From Lachnospiraceae bacterium (lineage in GTDB: Bacteria > Bacillota > Clostridia > Lachnospirales > Lachnospiraceae): 64,000 nucleotides of DNA. Below are positions 34,344-46,087 of the stretch, piece by piece. Each line of letters starts with the position of its first letter. The first letter of the stretch is position 1. The stretch covers positions 16,630 through 80,629 of the forward strand of contig JABUSY010000021.1 of assembly GCA_021442455.1 (NCBI GenBank), in the 5' to 3' direction. The notes under the pieces are model-generated. The model saw only the letters and a program-made list of their open reading frames with translations. It did no database searches and had not been told where the DNA came from. A program made the position numbers and the translations under genes.

Positions 34344-35099
34344 ATGATAGTTAAACATACAATTCAATTAAAAAAAACAATTTTGGGCGATGGATTCCCA
34401 AAAATTTGTGTGCCAGTCCTGGGAAGGACAAAGGAGGAGATAGTGAAACAAGCTCGTGTGGCTTCTGATGCAAAGGGAGATCTGGTTGAATGGAGAGCTG
34501 ATTTTTATAGAGACGTTACGGATTATGAGAAAGCTGCCGGAGTTTTGAGCACGTTATCTAAGATTTTGGGAAAGATTCCGCTTCTTTTTACTTTCAGGAC
34601 GGAGCGTGAAGGTGGAAATCGAGAAATTTCGATGGAAGAGTACAAAAAATTAAATCTCTGGGCGGCGTCTCGAACAGAGATAGATTTAATTGATGTAGAG
34701 GGAAGATGGCCTGAGTTTCAGGTTCATAAACTAATAGAAGCTGTTCACACTATGGGGAAACCGGTAGTGGCTTCCAGCCATTTTTTTGACAGAACGCCGG
34801 AGAGACAGGAGTTTATCTCTGTATTTGAAGAACTTTGCGACACGGGAGCGGAAATTTTGAAAGTTGCTGTTATGCCAAAAAACCGGGAGGACGTGCTGAA
34901 GCTCTTAAGTGTAACGCTGGAGATGGACCGTAAGCTGCACAATCCTTTGATATCTATCTCCATGGGGCGCCTGGGCAGTATTTCCAGAGTTAGCGGTCAT
35001 CTAACCGGATCAGCCATAACGTTCGGGTCAGCGGGAAACGTTTCGGCACCTGGTCAGCTGCCTGTGGACGAGCTGCGTCGAATTCAGGAATTGTTGTAA
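34344..35099 (+). CDS. aroD: Type I 3-dehydroquinate dehydratase
   Basis: PKICVP, VEWRAD, FTFRTEREGG, KVAVMP, SMGRLG and SAPGQ. The start was moved to ATG 34344. Confidence 0.95.
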   Translation: MIVKHTIQLKKTILGDGFPKICVPVLGRTKEEIVKQARVASDAKGDLVEWRADFYRDVTDYEKAAGVLSTLSKILGKIPLLFTFRTEREGGNREISMEEYKKLNLWAASRTEIDLIDVEGRWPEFQVHKLIEAVHTMGKPVVASSHFFDRTPERQEFISVFEELCDTGAEILKVAVMPKNREDVLKLLSVTLEMDRKLHNPLISISMGRLGSISRVSGHLTGSAITFGSAGNVSAPGQLPVDELRRIQELL

Positions 35100-36558
35100 G
35101 ATTTTCTTTCTTTATGACACATGAGTTTTGAAAAAATAAATATTTCCTGTACTTTATAGTGAAACTTATCTAAAAAGTCTTTCCTACTAAATACCATATT
35201 GTTTTATGTATATTTTATTATATTTAAAATAAAAAGCGTTTTTACAAAGATTATTGTTCATGTATCTTTTAGTGCTTTTTTAGTGATGGGGAGGCGTATG
35301 TAGATGTTCTTCTACAGGTTCTTCGGAATGTTGAAAATGAAAAGGTTTTTCGTTGAGGGGTACGATGGTATATCTTCTGATCATATTTGGTTATGTGGGT
35401 TTGCAATACCGATGAAGCAAGCTGGCAAAATCTATAGAGCTGTTGCTGTCCTAAAAAATTCCTGTAAAGAGAAAAAAGAAATTTATGATACAAGGAATGG
35501 GCTATGAAATGGCACTGTCTGTTAGTTTCTGGTCAAAACATGCTTGTCTTGAAAATGTCAAAAACACAACAAGCATTTTGCTTATGTTATATGGAAGAGA
35601 TTGTAATTATATTTCGTTTCAGAGTGTTGAATACCAGAGAAGTTTTTACAGCTGTCGTTTTAGATTTAAGCTATTCGATGATTTGGAATCAAACTCTGAT
35701 CGATAAACAGTTGAGGAGAGTGAATCATACTTATACATGCTGCATTGTCAAAGCGATTTCGGATACGCATGTTACCCCCCCCAATTTTTTTCGGGTGTTT
35801 TTTGGTAAAATCGATGAGCTGTAATATATAGGCGGAACGGCTGGAGTGTTGTTGTTTCTTTCCCAGGAGGCAGAAGCAAAACAATTACAGGGCTTGTATA
35901 TTTGAAAAACACAGAAGTCTAGTCTGATTGATTATTGAAAATAATTTTTGTTTAGGTGTCTATATCGACCAGAAATTTAACAATATAGCAGTAAAAATGG
36001 AGAGGAAAATCTGATCTCTATCGGTATCATAGAGTGTATGCTTACCGATGTGTTGAAAATTCCATATTTTGTATCTGCGCAGGAACAAGTAAGACGAGAA
36101 TGGAGGAGTTGAAGAATTTTCTTACACTGAAGATTGTATATGCGTAAAGAACAGTTAATATTCAAGTTTTTAAAACGATTTAAATCCTTTACCTTGCTTT
36201 CACGAAAGTGTAATCTGTATAATTACAGACGGTAATGCTCGCATAATGTTAAGTTATTGGCGCTAGTCTTTCTTTATTGAATTTTTATGTTTATTGTTTA
36301 AGCTCATCGTAGTTCTTATCTTTGGTGAGAGTATTATACCTCTGGCATAGTCAAAAAACGGAGGAAGACCTTTAGTAGTTCTGTCTGGTTAAGTAGACTT
36401 TTGCAAGGTTATTAGTAGTTTATGTTTTCCATACGAATTTCCATATTTTCTAACCACACAAGCATAAATTTATGAATAATTAATAAAGGATGAATTGATT
36501 TTATTGCAAAAAAGCGATACAGTATTATCGTTAGTATTTTGGAAAGGGCAGGTTTTGA

Positions 36559-36966
36559 ATGAATAAATTAAGGAGTAAACTTCAAAATTTTATGGAAGGA
36601 CGTTATGGAATAGATGAGATGGGAAGTTTTTTGCTGTTTCTGTCTCTTGGAATGATGCTGGTTTCCTGTTTTTCGTCTATTTTTATTTTGTATCTTATAA
36701 CTGTATTGTTTCTGGTATGTGGGTATTTCAGAATATTTTCTAGACATCAGACGAAACGCTGGAAGGAAAATCAGAAGTTCCTAAAAGTTAAAAAACGATT
36801 TTTAGGATTTTTTCGAAAAAAAATTCAGCCCTTTAGAGATAAAGAGCATTGCTATTTTCAATGTCCTAATTGTCATTGTAAAAAACTGTTGCGTGTTCCA
36901 AAGGGTAAAGGAAATATTTCTATACATTGTCCTCAGTGTCATATGGATTTTGTTAAACGTACCTGA
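36559..36966 (+). CDS. Conserved hypothetical membrane protein with C-terminal CxxC...CxxC Zn ribbon
   Basis: Intact 135-aa ORF: GRYGIDE, two TM helices, CPNC...LRVPKGKG.ISIHCPQC. Confidence 0.8.
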   Translation: MNKLRSKLQNFMEGRYGIDEMGSFLLFLSLGMMLVSCFSSIFILYLITVLFLVCGYFRIFSRHQTKRWKENQKFLKVKKRFLGFFRKKIQPFRDKEHCYFQCPNCHCKKLLRVPKGKGNISIHCPQCHMDFVKRT

Positions 36967-36977
36967 GGGGGAATTGA

Positions 36978-37817
36978 ATGTTCGGATATATTACAGTGAA
37001 TAAGAGAGAATTAAAGGTTAAAGATTTTGAACGGTACCTTTCTTATTACTGCGGGGTTTGCCAAGATCTGAAGCAATCTTGTGGGGAATTTGGCAGAATA
37101 ACGCTCACTTATGATATGACTTTTCTAGCGATTCTTCTCACAGGACTTTATGAGGAAAAGAACAGTCAGGAGCGGCATTTTTGTCTTCTGCATCCTATGC
37201 ATAAGCGGCCTTGTAGAAGAAATCGTTATACCAGCTATGCGGCAGATATGAATATCTTGCTAGTTTATCATAATCTGATGGACAATTGGCAGGATGAGAA
37301 GAAAAGGGGAAGCTTGGGTGCGGCATGGTTTCTGAGAAGATTTTATCTGAAAATCGCATCCAGTTACCCGCGGCAGGTGAAGGCCATACGTCGTTATTTA
37401 AACGAGCTTCATAAAGTAGAAGAGGTATGGGCGGAAGATATTGATCTTGCTGCGGGGTTAACAGGTAGGATGATGGAAGAAATTTTTGTATACCAGGAAG
37501 ATATATGGAGCAGTGATTTAAGGAAGATAGGGTTTTACCTGGGAAAGTTTATTTATCTGATGGATGCCTATGAAGATTTGGAAGAGGATCAGAAGATGGG
37601 TACTTACAATCCGTTTTTGTCGGTTGTCGGCCGTTCTAACTATGAAGAGAGTGTATTTCAGATATTAACGATGATGGCTGCGTCGGCTTCCAAGGCTTTT
37701 GAGAAGATTCCTATTCTGAAAAACGTGGACATTTTAAGAAATATATTGTATGCTGGTATTTGGATGAAATATAGAATGCTGAAGAGCAAAAAAAGCAAGC
37801 ATGAGGAGAATCAATAA
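36978..37817 (+). CDS. DUF5685-like all-alpha protein with two Asp-rich motifs
   Basis: Intact 279-aa ORF: MFGYI, YCGVC, YDMTFLAILL, C.LHP, DNWQDE and YLMDAYEDLEED. The family name comes from memory. Confidence 0.75.
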   Translation: MFGYITVNKRELKVKDFERYLSYYCGVCQDLKQSCGEFGRITLTYDMTFLAILLTGLYEEKNSQERHFCLLHPMHKRPCRRNRYTSYAADMNILLVYHNLMDNWQDEKKRGSLGAAWFLRRFYLKIASSYPRQVKAIRRYLNELHKVEEVWAEDIDLAAGLTGRMMEEIFVYQEDIWSSDLRKIGFYLGKFIYLMDAYEDLEEDQKMGTYNPFLSVVGRSNYEESVFQILTMMAASASKAFEKIPILKNVDILRNILYAGIWMKYRMLKSKKSKHEENQ

Positions 37818-37820
37818 CGA

Positions 37821-38456
37821 ATGCAGGATCCATATGAGGTACTAGGTGTATCAAGAGATGACAGTATAGAAAAAATAAAAAGAGCTTACCGAACTTTGAG
37901 TCGGAAATATCATCCAGATGCTAACATGAATAATCCTAATAAGGCTCAGGCGGAAGAAAAATTCAAACAAATACAGCAGGCGTATAAACAGATTATAGAT
38001 GAAATAGAAACTGATACTTTTTCTGGTACGTATGAAAGTGGAAGTTATGGATACGGAAATGACGTGAAGCTGCAGGCTGTGGCCAATTACATTAACAATG
38101 GTCATTACATGGAGGCCATGAATATACTAAACAATATTTCAAATCGAAATGGCACTTGGTATTATCTGCATGCGCTTGCCAATGCAGGAATGGGCAATAA
38201 TGTAAATGCTTTGGAAGATGCACAGATAGCTGTTAATTTGGAGCCGGAAAACTTGCAGTTTCAGAGGCTATTGCAGAGTTTATCCAGGAATAGTGAATGG
38301 TACTCCAATATAGGAGGCAATTACGATATCTGTAACTGCGAAGAAGGAAAGATGAGTAAGGTTTGCTGTTACTGTTGTATGATTAGATCTTTGTGCAACG
38401 GAAGCTGCTGTCCATATGGAAGCTGCCGTCCATATGGGAAAGTATGTTGTTTTTAA
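37821..38456 (+). CDS. J-domain co-chaperone with TPR-like helices and a Cys-rich C-terminal tail
   Basis: DPYEVLGV...KYHPD, WYYLHALANAGMG, and 12 Cys in the last 41 aa. Confidence 0.88.
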   Translation: MQDPYEVLGVSRDDSIEKIKRAYRTLSRKYHPDANMNNPNKAQAEEKFKQIQQAYKQIIDEIETDTFSGTYESGSYGYGNDVKLQAVANYINNGHYMEAMNILNNISNRNGTWYYLHALANAGMGNNVNALEDAQIAVNLEPENLQFQRLLQSLSRNSEWYSNIGGNYDICNCEEGKMSKVCCYCCMIRSLCNGSCCPYGSCRPYGKVCCF

Positions 38457-39312
38457 AAGAATTTAATATGAGTACAGGAAAAGCTGTTATATTAAAACAT
38501 TCTTTCTATAATCTATTGAAGAGAAAGCACTGAAGTATCTGCATCATAGATGCAACGAATATTGGATTTCTAGAAAAATATTCAGAGAACATGTTTATAT
38601 AACAGCAAATAGCAAAACTGAATATTTTTACTTTGACGACATCAACAAAATTCTGGAATAGGGAATGTGCAAATCTTTAAAGGTAGGTCCAAATATGGAA
38701 GTATCTTGATTACGGAGAGCTTTTTTACTCTCAGGGCTTTCATTTTCAGGAACGGGGAAGAGGTGCTGAAGGAATAAGTCTTACATTGTAAAAAGGAAAT
38801 GTAGCATATGTGATAGGCATTTTGTATTATTATGGAAAAATAAATGTAAAATGCACACCTGGGAAGAGTATCTAAAAACCTTCAGTCCGAAACATGTAGT
38901 CAAGTTCCATGAAAATAACAAGGAGAATTTGAGGTATGATTTTATGATGGCTTTTGATGGTGAGATATAATTTACTGAATGCCTATCATCAATCATATTT
39001 TTTTACTAGAAAGATGATAGTTTTGTCGAAAAAACATTGATGGAGAAAAGAACCGGAAGCTATATGTGATAGAGTAGAAGCAGAAAAATTTCAATAGATC
39101 TCTACAATAAAAAAATCGCAGACCACTAGAGAGCAGTTGATGGGAGAATTACGGCATACGTGTATAATGTCTGTGATTGACAATTGTGGAATTTGCTATT
39201 ATGAATGATGTGATAAACAGTGTGATTACGGCATGATTGTAGCGGTCCTCATTTTCTGTTGGTTTCGGTGGAATTTTGCTGAGATCGGGGGCGATAGGAA
39301 GGAGAGAAAAAT

Positions 39313-41181
39313 ATGGCTTTCAATATAGCTGAGGAACTGAAGAAGCTTCCTGCCAGGCCAGGTGTCTATCTGATGTACAATGCGAAGGATGAGATTATAT
39401 ATGTTGGAAAAGCGGTCAGTTTAAAAAACAGAGTACGTCAGTATTTTCAAAGTAGCAAGAACAAGGGACTCAAAATTGCACAGATGGTGCCTCAAATCAC
39501 ATGTTTTGAATATATTGTGACGGATTCTGAGCTGGAGGCGTTAGTTCTGGAGTGTAATTTGATCAAGGAGTACCGACCAAAATATAATACCATGCTTAAG
39601 GACGATAAATCATATCCTTTTATACGGGTGACGGTACAGGAAAAGTTTCCACGGGTGTTGTTCGCCAGACAGATAAAAAAGGACAAATCAAAATATTTTG
39701 GTCCGTATACTAGCGTAAGAGCGATTAAGAAAACCATTGATCTGGTAAAAAAGCTATATTGCCTGCGGAACTGTAGTAAAAAGCTTTTTATGGATCAGGG
39801 GGAAAAACGGCCTTGCCTGTATTATCACATTCATCAGTGTAAAGCGCCTTGTCAGGGGTGGATTACTTCCGAAGATTATAGACAACAAGTGGATGATATG
39901 ATGGATTTTCTCAACGGAAATTTCCAAGAGGTAATTAAGGGGCTGACAGTTAAAATGGAGCATGCTTCAGAGGAGCTGCGCTTTGAAGAAGCTTGTGAAT
40001 ATCGGGATTTAATTGACAGTGTTAGAAGGCTGGGGGAGCATCAGAAGATCAGCATCAGCTCTGGCGAGGATTGGGATGTAGTAGCTCTGGCCCTGAACAA
40101 AGAAGATGGAGTGGTACAGGTCTTTTTCATACGGGATGGGAAGATGATCGGAAGAGATCATTTTTATCTTCGTGTCGCTATTGGTGAAGAGCGGAGCGGT
40201 GTGGTTTTAAGCTTTCTGAAACAATTTTATGCGGGAACTCCATTTATACCAAGGGAATTGATGATATCCGATGACATTGAGGATCAGGAGGTGTTAGAGG
40301 CATGGCTGAGCCGGAAGCGGGGACAGAAGGTTCACATTAAGGTGCCCAAAAAAGGCTCGAAGGGAAAATTGATGAAGTTGGCGGCACACAATGCGCAGAT
40401 TATTTTGTATCACGACAAAGAACGTTTAAAGAGAGAAGAAAAGCGGAGTATTGATGCGGTGAAGGAAATTGGGAGATGGCTCTCCATAGAGCCACCGGAA
40501 CGGATAGAGGCCTATGACATTTCAACTATTAGCAATTTTCAGTCTGTAGGTTCTATGGTTGTTTATGAAAAAGGAAAACCAAAGCGTACGGATTATCGAA
40601 AGTTTCGAATTAAGTTTGTGGAAGGACTGAATGATTATGCGAGTATGGAGGAAGTTCTGAGTAGGCGTTTTCGAAGGGGAATAGATGCGGAGAGAGGATT
40701 TGAAAAGCTGCCGAATCTGATTATGATAGATGGCGGCCGTGGCCAGGTAAATGCGGCGTTAAAGGTTTTGAACAAAATGAGGCTGAAAATTCCAATCTGC
40801 GGAATGGTCAAGGATGATCATCATCGAACCAGAGGGATCTATTTTGATAATTGTGAAATACCTCTTGACAAAAATGGTGAGGGTTTTCATCTGATTACAA
40901 GGATTCAGCATGAGACTCATCGTTTTGCTATAGAATATCATCGTTTATTGCGTAGTAAAGGGCAGGTGCATTCTGTATTGGACGACATTCAGGGGATTGG
41001 GATCAGCCGTAGAAAGGAATTGCTGCAACATTATCAGACTCTGGATGAAATCAGAAATGCTAGTCTAGAGGAGCTAAGAGAATTGCCATCTATGAACGCA
41101 AGAACAGCCAGGTCAGTTTATAATTATTTTCATAAATCTGAAAATTATGAAGGCAAAAGTGCCAGTGAGGATATGTTATGA
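39313..41181 (+). CDS. uvrC: Excinuclease ABC subunit C
   Basis: PGVYLM...[15 protein letters not shown] (GIY-YIG), [21 protein letters not shown] and the HhH tail. Confidence 0.97.
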   Translation: MAFNIAEELKKLPARPGVYLMYNAKDEIIYVGKAVSLKNRVRQYFQSSKNKGLKIAQMVPQITCFEYIVTDSELEALVLECNLIKEYRPKYNTMLKDDKSYPFIRVTVQEKFPRVLFARQIKKDKSKYFGPYTSVRAIKKTIDLVKKLYCLRNCSKKLFMDQGEKRPCLYYHIHQCKAPCQGWITSEDYRQQVDDMMDFLNGNFQEVIKGLTVKMEHASEELRFEEACEYRDLIDSVRRLGEHQKISISSGEDWDVVALALNKEDGVVQVFFIRDGKMIGRDHFYLRVAIGEERSGVVLSFLKQFYAGTPFIPRELMISDDIEDQEVLEAWLSRKRGQKVHIKVPKKGSKGKLMKLAAHNAQIILYHDKERLKREEKRSIDAVKEIGRWLSIEPPERIEAYDISTISNFQSVGSMVVYEKGKPKRTDYRKFRIKFVEGLNDYASMEEVLSRRFRRGIDAERGFEKLPNLIMIDGGRGQVNAALKVLNKMRLKIPICGMVKDDHHRTRGIYFDNCEIPLDKNGEGFHLITRIQHETHRFAIEYHRLLRSKGQVHSVLDDIQGIGISRRKELLQHYQTLDEIRNASLEELRELPSMNARTARSVYNYFHKSENYEGKSASEDML

Positions 41182-41219
41182 TGGGCTATGACTCAAAGGA
41201 GTAAAAGGATAAAAAAAGG

Positions 41220-41920
41220 GTATGAACTTTATCTCGTCAACCAACCTGGCGAAGGGCATGAGTCTTTGAAATATGAGCCAGAAAATTGATATGAAAGACT
41301 TGCGATATCACAATATCGGAGATTAACTGATCAGTTTGAAAGTTGACTGCATATTTTGTCAATGAAAGAATTTAAATCATCAGTTAAGTGGCGCTCACTT
41401 TCAGGAGATTCTCTGTGTCATATTTCAAGTCCTCCCCTAATCATGGAAGGACTTGATGAAGTTTCTAAAAAGACAACGTTTCAATTTCTTTTATACGGAT
41501 GGAAATATCTTTATATTCATCATGGTGCTTATCTGTTGAATAGATGTGCAATTAGCGCTCATCATATGGTGAAAGGTGCATTGATTATGTTTTGATTGAA
41601 AAGTAGCACAGTTTTGAAATTGCTCAAGAGGGGACATCGTTTGGTCAGCAATGATGTATGCAGAAAAGAATATTCTATGTCCATTGTTAGTTGAACACTA
41701 TGGTTTGAGCTTCCTCACTATTATTCCTAAATAGCTAGCGAGCGTATTCAAAAACTTAAAATTGGATCAGCATTGAAGATGATATAACTTTTAACTCTTT
41801 TCCTGAGAGAGGAGAATATATATACCATGCTGAATGGTGTACCTAATGAAAAATTCTGAGAGCTGGGCTCAAATGGTACAATAGAAGGATAGCAAGAACT
41901 CCTTCAAGCTCATTGTTGAT
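41220..41920 (+). pseudogene. hprK: HPr kinase/phosphorylase remnant
   Basis: PEIDMKDLR near the start and KSSTVLKLLKRGHRLVSNDV (~41598-41660; consensus GKSEAALELIKRGHRLVxDD). Syntenic after uvrC. Confidence 0.8.
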
Positions 41921-42359
41921 TTCGCAAACTTGTCAGGTATATTTTGTATATGATTCAAAGAAATCAAGTGGATTAATAATAGTTTTATCTGAGAATTGAA
42001 TGAGCAAGATACGATCTATGTGTTCGATTTAATTCAGACTTTATTTATAAGAAAAAATTCAAAAAGTTGTAGATATAAATAACAATGCCGTCGACTTATT
42101 ATGGCATTAAACACCTAAAGAAGATCCAGATATCGAAGAGATGAGCCACAGCTGAAGACGAGCCGTCAAATAGCATAGTGAAGTGATTGATGTCATACAA
42201 AAAGCAAGCTCCGGAAGGTTATTCAAATAACGAAATATGTGCTAAAAAATGGAACCTGGTTGTTGAAGATTAGCAAATAAGAAAAGCGAGGCACAGTTCT
42301 AGATGTTCCGGACGGGGATTCGATAAAATATAACCACTGTGCTTTGATCACTCCACATG

Positions 42360-42393
42360 CAGCTCTCTGTCCTATCCTTGTGACAGAGAGCTG
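42360..42393. repeat. Inverted repeat CAGCTCTCTGTC-N10-GACAGAGAGCTG
   Basis: Perfect 12-bp arms. There is no 3' U-tract on either strand, so it is not a canonical terminator. Confidence 0.8.
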
Positions 42394-45300
42394 AAAAAGA
42401 AACAGTATCTTTCTGGTTCACAACGGTTCTAACTTTATGAATACTGCATAGCAAGTATTGCCTTATGACACTATGCCGGGTACGGAAAGCTTGTTTAAGT
42501 GTATGTCTTGCAAAAGAACTGAGTATGTAGTCTTTGGAGAGGAAGGTAGAGGAATTCGTTAACTTCTAAGGTGTAGTTCGAGTACACAGGCGTATATGCA
42601 AGGTTGTAGTGAAAAAATCTACATTTAGTTGCTAATTATCTGGAAAATGGTAGGGATCTGGAGGTAACACATGAAGTAAGCAACTTTTTTGGCGACTATT
42701 GAAGGTGTTGATAATGAAAAAGCAGCCTTTGTCCGGGATAATAAAAAATTTCTCACGAAAAGAAGTGTTTGAGTATTCGAGAGGACGTTATGAATATTGG
42801 CTATGACGCTCTTGGATTATGTGATGGTTCATGGAAGGAATATGAATTTTTTGGTACTGGATGCAGAGGATTATACAAATATCGATAGCTATGCGTCTCA
42901 TTTTACAGTGCTCAGTGTCATTGCAAAATTTGCGATCGGCGGTAAAGAAATGAAAATGAAGGATCTGTGTATGATGTCTATTCGCTATGTTTTATGACGT
43001 AAGTAGCACTTGAGATTTGATTTGGTCCAGATTGTTTTAGAAGTAATCTGTAAAACAGAATCATGCGACGGTTCTTCGCTAGTGATTTGTTACTGCTAGT
43101 GTATCGAATATTACATGAAAGAGGTCATTGGTATATGAGCATAATCGAAGAGAAAAATGATGTGGAAGTGGAATACTGTCCTTTGAAAAGGAAAGCAAGA
43201 ATTATTTCTAGATGGCTGACAAAGAGCTGGACACTAGATTCCGTGGTTCTTTGCTTCAGTAAGCAGAAATAAGACATTGAGGAATGTTTCATAGAGAAAA
43301 TATCAGCTCTGTTAAAGCAATGTCAAGGAATGGTGTCAGTTATATATAGAACTGATATGGCAATCATGAATGTAATCATAATATGGACAATACTGTTAGG
43401 ATAAATGATACAAAAGACAAATTCAATGAAATAATAGTTATGAAATAAAGTATATGCCAATTGTGGTGCAGTTGGAAAAATAAATGGAAGGTAACTGTTT
43501 ATTACAGTGAAAATTTAGAAGTAAAAAAGTTTTTAAGCCAAATTTTTATAATCTTATAAGAACAGAAATTTAAGTTTATTGACCAATAGTTTAGTTAGCT
43601 TAAAAAGACGCGGTGTGGGCATAGTATTTAGTAAGATGACAGAAGGTGTTAAGAGTGTAAGGCAATTTATTGTAGTGGTGACTGTTGCAATAAGAACATG
43701 AGTCTATTTTGCATCAATGGATTTCGATTTGGAAGATGACCAGGTGCTTCCTAGCCTGCCTGATAACTGTGTGAAAAATCATTTGTGCATTAAATTGCAC
43801 TAAGAAGGCAATTGTGGGCGCGCTCCATATAAATCTGTATAGCGTGCATATTGTAAAAGCATGGTGGCGCTACCCAAAATGAGTGCAAAGATAAAAACCA
43901 TATCACGATTCATCCGCTGTACGATTTTTACTCGAACAGATACAGATGCATTTATCGAATTTGCACAAGTACATATCGATATTTGATGTCATCCGTCTCG
44001 GTTATAGGTTCGTGGAGGATATCCCCTGTCCTTATTATTCAAGTGTTCTATGTACCCGGCACTGTTCTAGATGCTGCAGTTATGCAGAACTTTGATAGTG
44101 TATTGAGATAGGATCAAAAGAATCAATTACTCATTGTGTAGATGGATTTGTTTTCTGGAAGCTCTTATAGCAGAGTGCAGGTTGTCTTTTGGAAAGAAGA
44201 AAAGCCCTCATTTAGGTAGAATTTTGTACTGTTAACTATGAAGACTTTTTTCTCGTACTCTTTATTTATGGAAAAGAGTATATGGGAGCGTACTTGGTTG
44301 TTTCGCTTTGAAGAAACATATGAAAACTTTTACGGTGATGAATGCTTTGATCTGGCCAGTTGTTACATCAGATTATCTGAAAATTAATCACATGATAGAT
44401 GAACAGTTGTAGAAATTAGTTGAATGAAAGAGCATATATTCTGCAGAAGTGATTAAGGAAGCAGAAGTTTTTCTCTTGTTCTTAATCATATATTGATTTC
44501 CATTTTGGACGGTCGTTAGAATCAGTTAAGCATATTTCAAATAAACTGAAATTCCAGTTTTATAGCATACCTTTTCGGTGATAAGATTATATTGCTATTT
44601 TAATTTCGATGTTGATGGTCCTCCTTCAAGGGTAGAGTAAACAGGATTTTGCTAATGGCTTCTGTAGGCATTAGTAGAAGTTTCTGCGGATTATTTACTT
44701 GTAGCCTTTATTAGCATGTTGATTTTTGATTCCATGAATTTCTTGAGTTGAGCTTATAGTATATCATCTATAATCTGATCCTGCTTTCTGATTAGAATTT
44801 TCATGCGAACAAAATTGTGGAATTTGCTAGGCCGGTAAAAGTGTGCTTGAAAAATGTTTGTGGGAAAAAACGGTCAAAGAATATATTTATAGGTGTAATT
44901 ATCGTAGCATATAGTGAAAGAGGAGCAAAGCCATGATGAGAGTATTTCTGAAAGAAATATTTTACATTGAAACAATCACTAGCAGCTATGGTGGCATAAA
45001 GAATATATCTAGGGATAGTCTTATTGAAAGATTGTTGTTCAGATCTCATTGGTTTGCAAATTTCTGAAAAAACAGGGAAAGAGCTGCAATGGTAAGCATT
45101 ACTCTGATTTTTGTAGAGGTTAACCATAAGATTAGAAACTATACGATCGAGTTTGATTTTCTAGATGAGATATCTGATTCGGACAAAGGAGTATTCTCAC
45201 TGAAAAAAGGTCTTGTTAAGAGAGGTGTCGCAGTGATGTTGATTAGCTGTAACAGTTCTGGTGAGATAGCTATGATAAATGTTGGCTATAAATATAAAAT

Positions 45301-45555
45301 TTGCTGGTATTTTTAATTCTTCTTCTGAAACAAATCGATGGTGAAAGGATTATTTCAATGCATCTGTTTTTGTTGAGGAGTAGTTTAATCTAAGTTTCGG
45401 AGGCTTAGTTCTATCAAACTACGGTATGAAGAAAAAATAAAAAAATTAAAAGGACGGTGCATACGGTTGTTTGGTTGCTCTTACGGTTATCCATGATGAT
45501 TAACCGTGTCAGGCTGGATGTTTTTCTGATATTCTGAAGCTGCTGAAATTTTGAC

Positions 45556-45587
45556 AGATATCCAGGTATCTAGATATCCAGGTATCT
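45556..45587. repeat. Perfect 16-nt tandem duplication AGATATCCAGGTATCT x2
   Basis: Read directly. Confidence 0.95.
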
Positions 45588-45923
45588 ATATTTATAATTT
45601 TGGAAAAAATTATAAATGTGGTGGCAGATCTTATCTTAAAGTAGAAGTAAGATTGGAAACAGTTAGAATACCGAAGTCGAATTGAGTGTGAATTTTGGTT
45701 GCGCAGTTTATGTGAGCTATTTTTCATCAACATGCGTGGTGTGTGTTTGGTCATTATCCGCCTTTTACTCTGTTATTTTAACAAAAAATAATACAAGTAT
45801 TCTCCATCATTTGGATCTGCTCATGCCTGTTCATGTTTCGTTATTATCGTTAAAAAAATGCAAAAATCCGATTTGCTTAAATGGTAGAGTATTAAAAAAT
45901 AATAAATAAGAAGAAAATTTTAC

Positions 45924-45952
45924 TTGCATTCCAGGAGTCGTAGTGTTATATT
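45924..45952 (+). promoter_or_regulatory. SigA-type promoter of the rpmJ-rplQ operon
   Basis: TTGCAT-N17-TATATT with a TGn extended -10, about 135 nt upstream of rpmJ. Confidence 0.6.
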
Positions 45953-46087
45953 CTATAAAATGATTTATGTATGCAGGTTTTGAATTAACTCATCAGAGAT
46001 CCCGTAAATACAAGGTTAATTTCTTGAAAATTAAGTTTTAAAGTTCAGGAATTAAGATAAGAACATAAAGCAGGAGGATACATATGT

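Larger units (their letters stand above)
41920..45900. other. About 4 kb of decayed, unidentified DNA
   Basis: Only short ORFs (up to 108 aa) with no recognisable protein; stop-rich in all frames. Confidence 0.55.

Noticed and set aside
42540-42600. tRNA-like T-arm GTGTA-GTTCGAG-TACAC
   Set aside because: It lacks the G53-C61 pair and has no acceptor stem, D-arm or cloverleaf.
1256-45909. Short ORFs inside decayed regions (e.g. 3134-3463, 4056-4337, 35504-35824, 44801-45127) as novel small proteins
   Set aside because: No motifs or convincing RBS; several overlap identifiable pseudogene remnants on the other strand.
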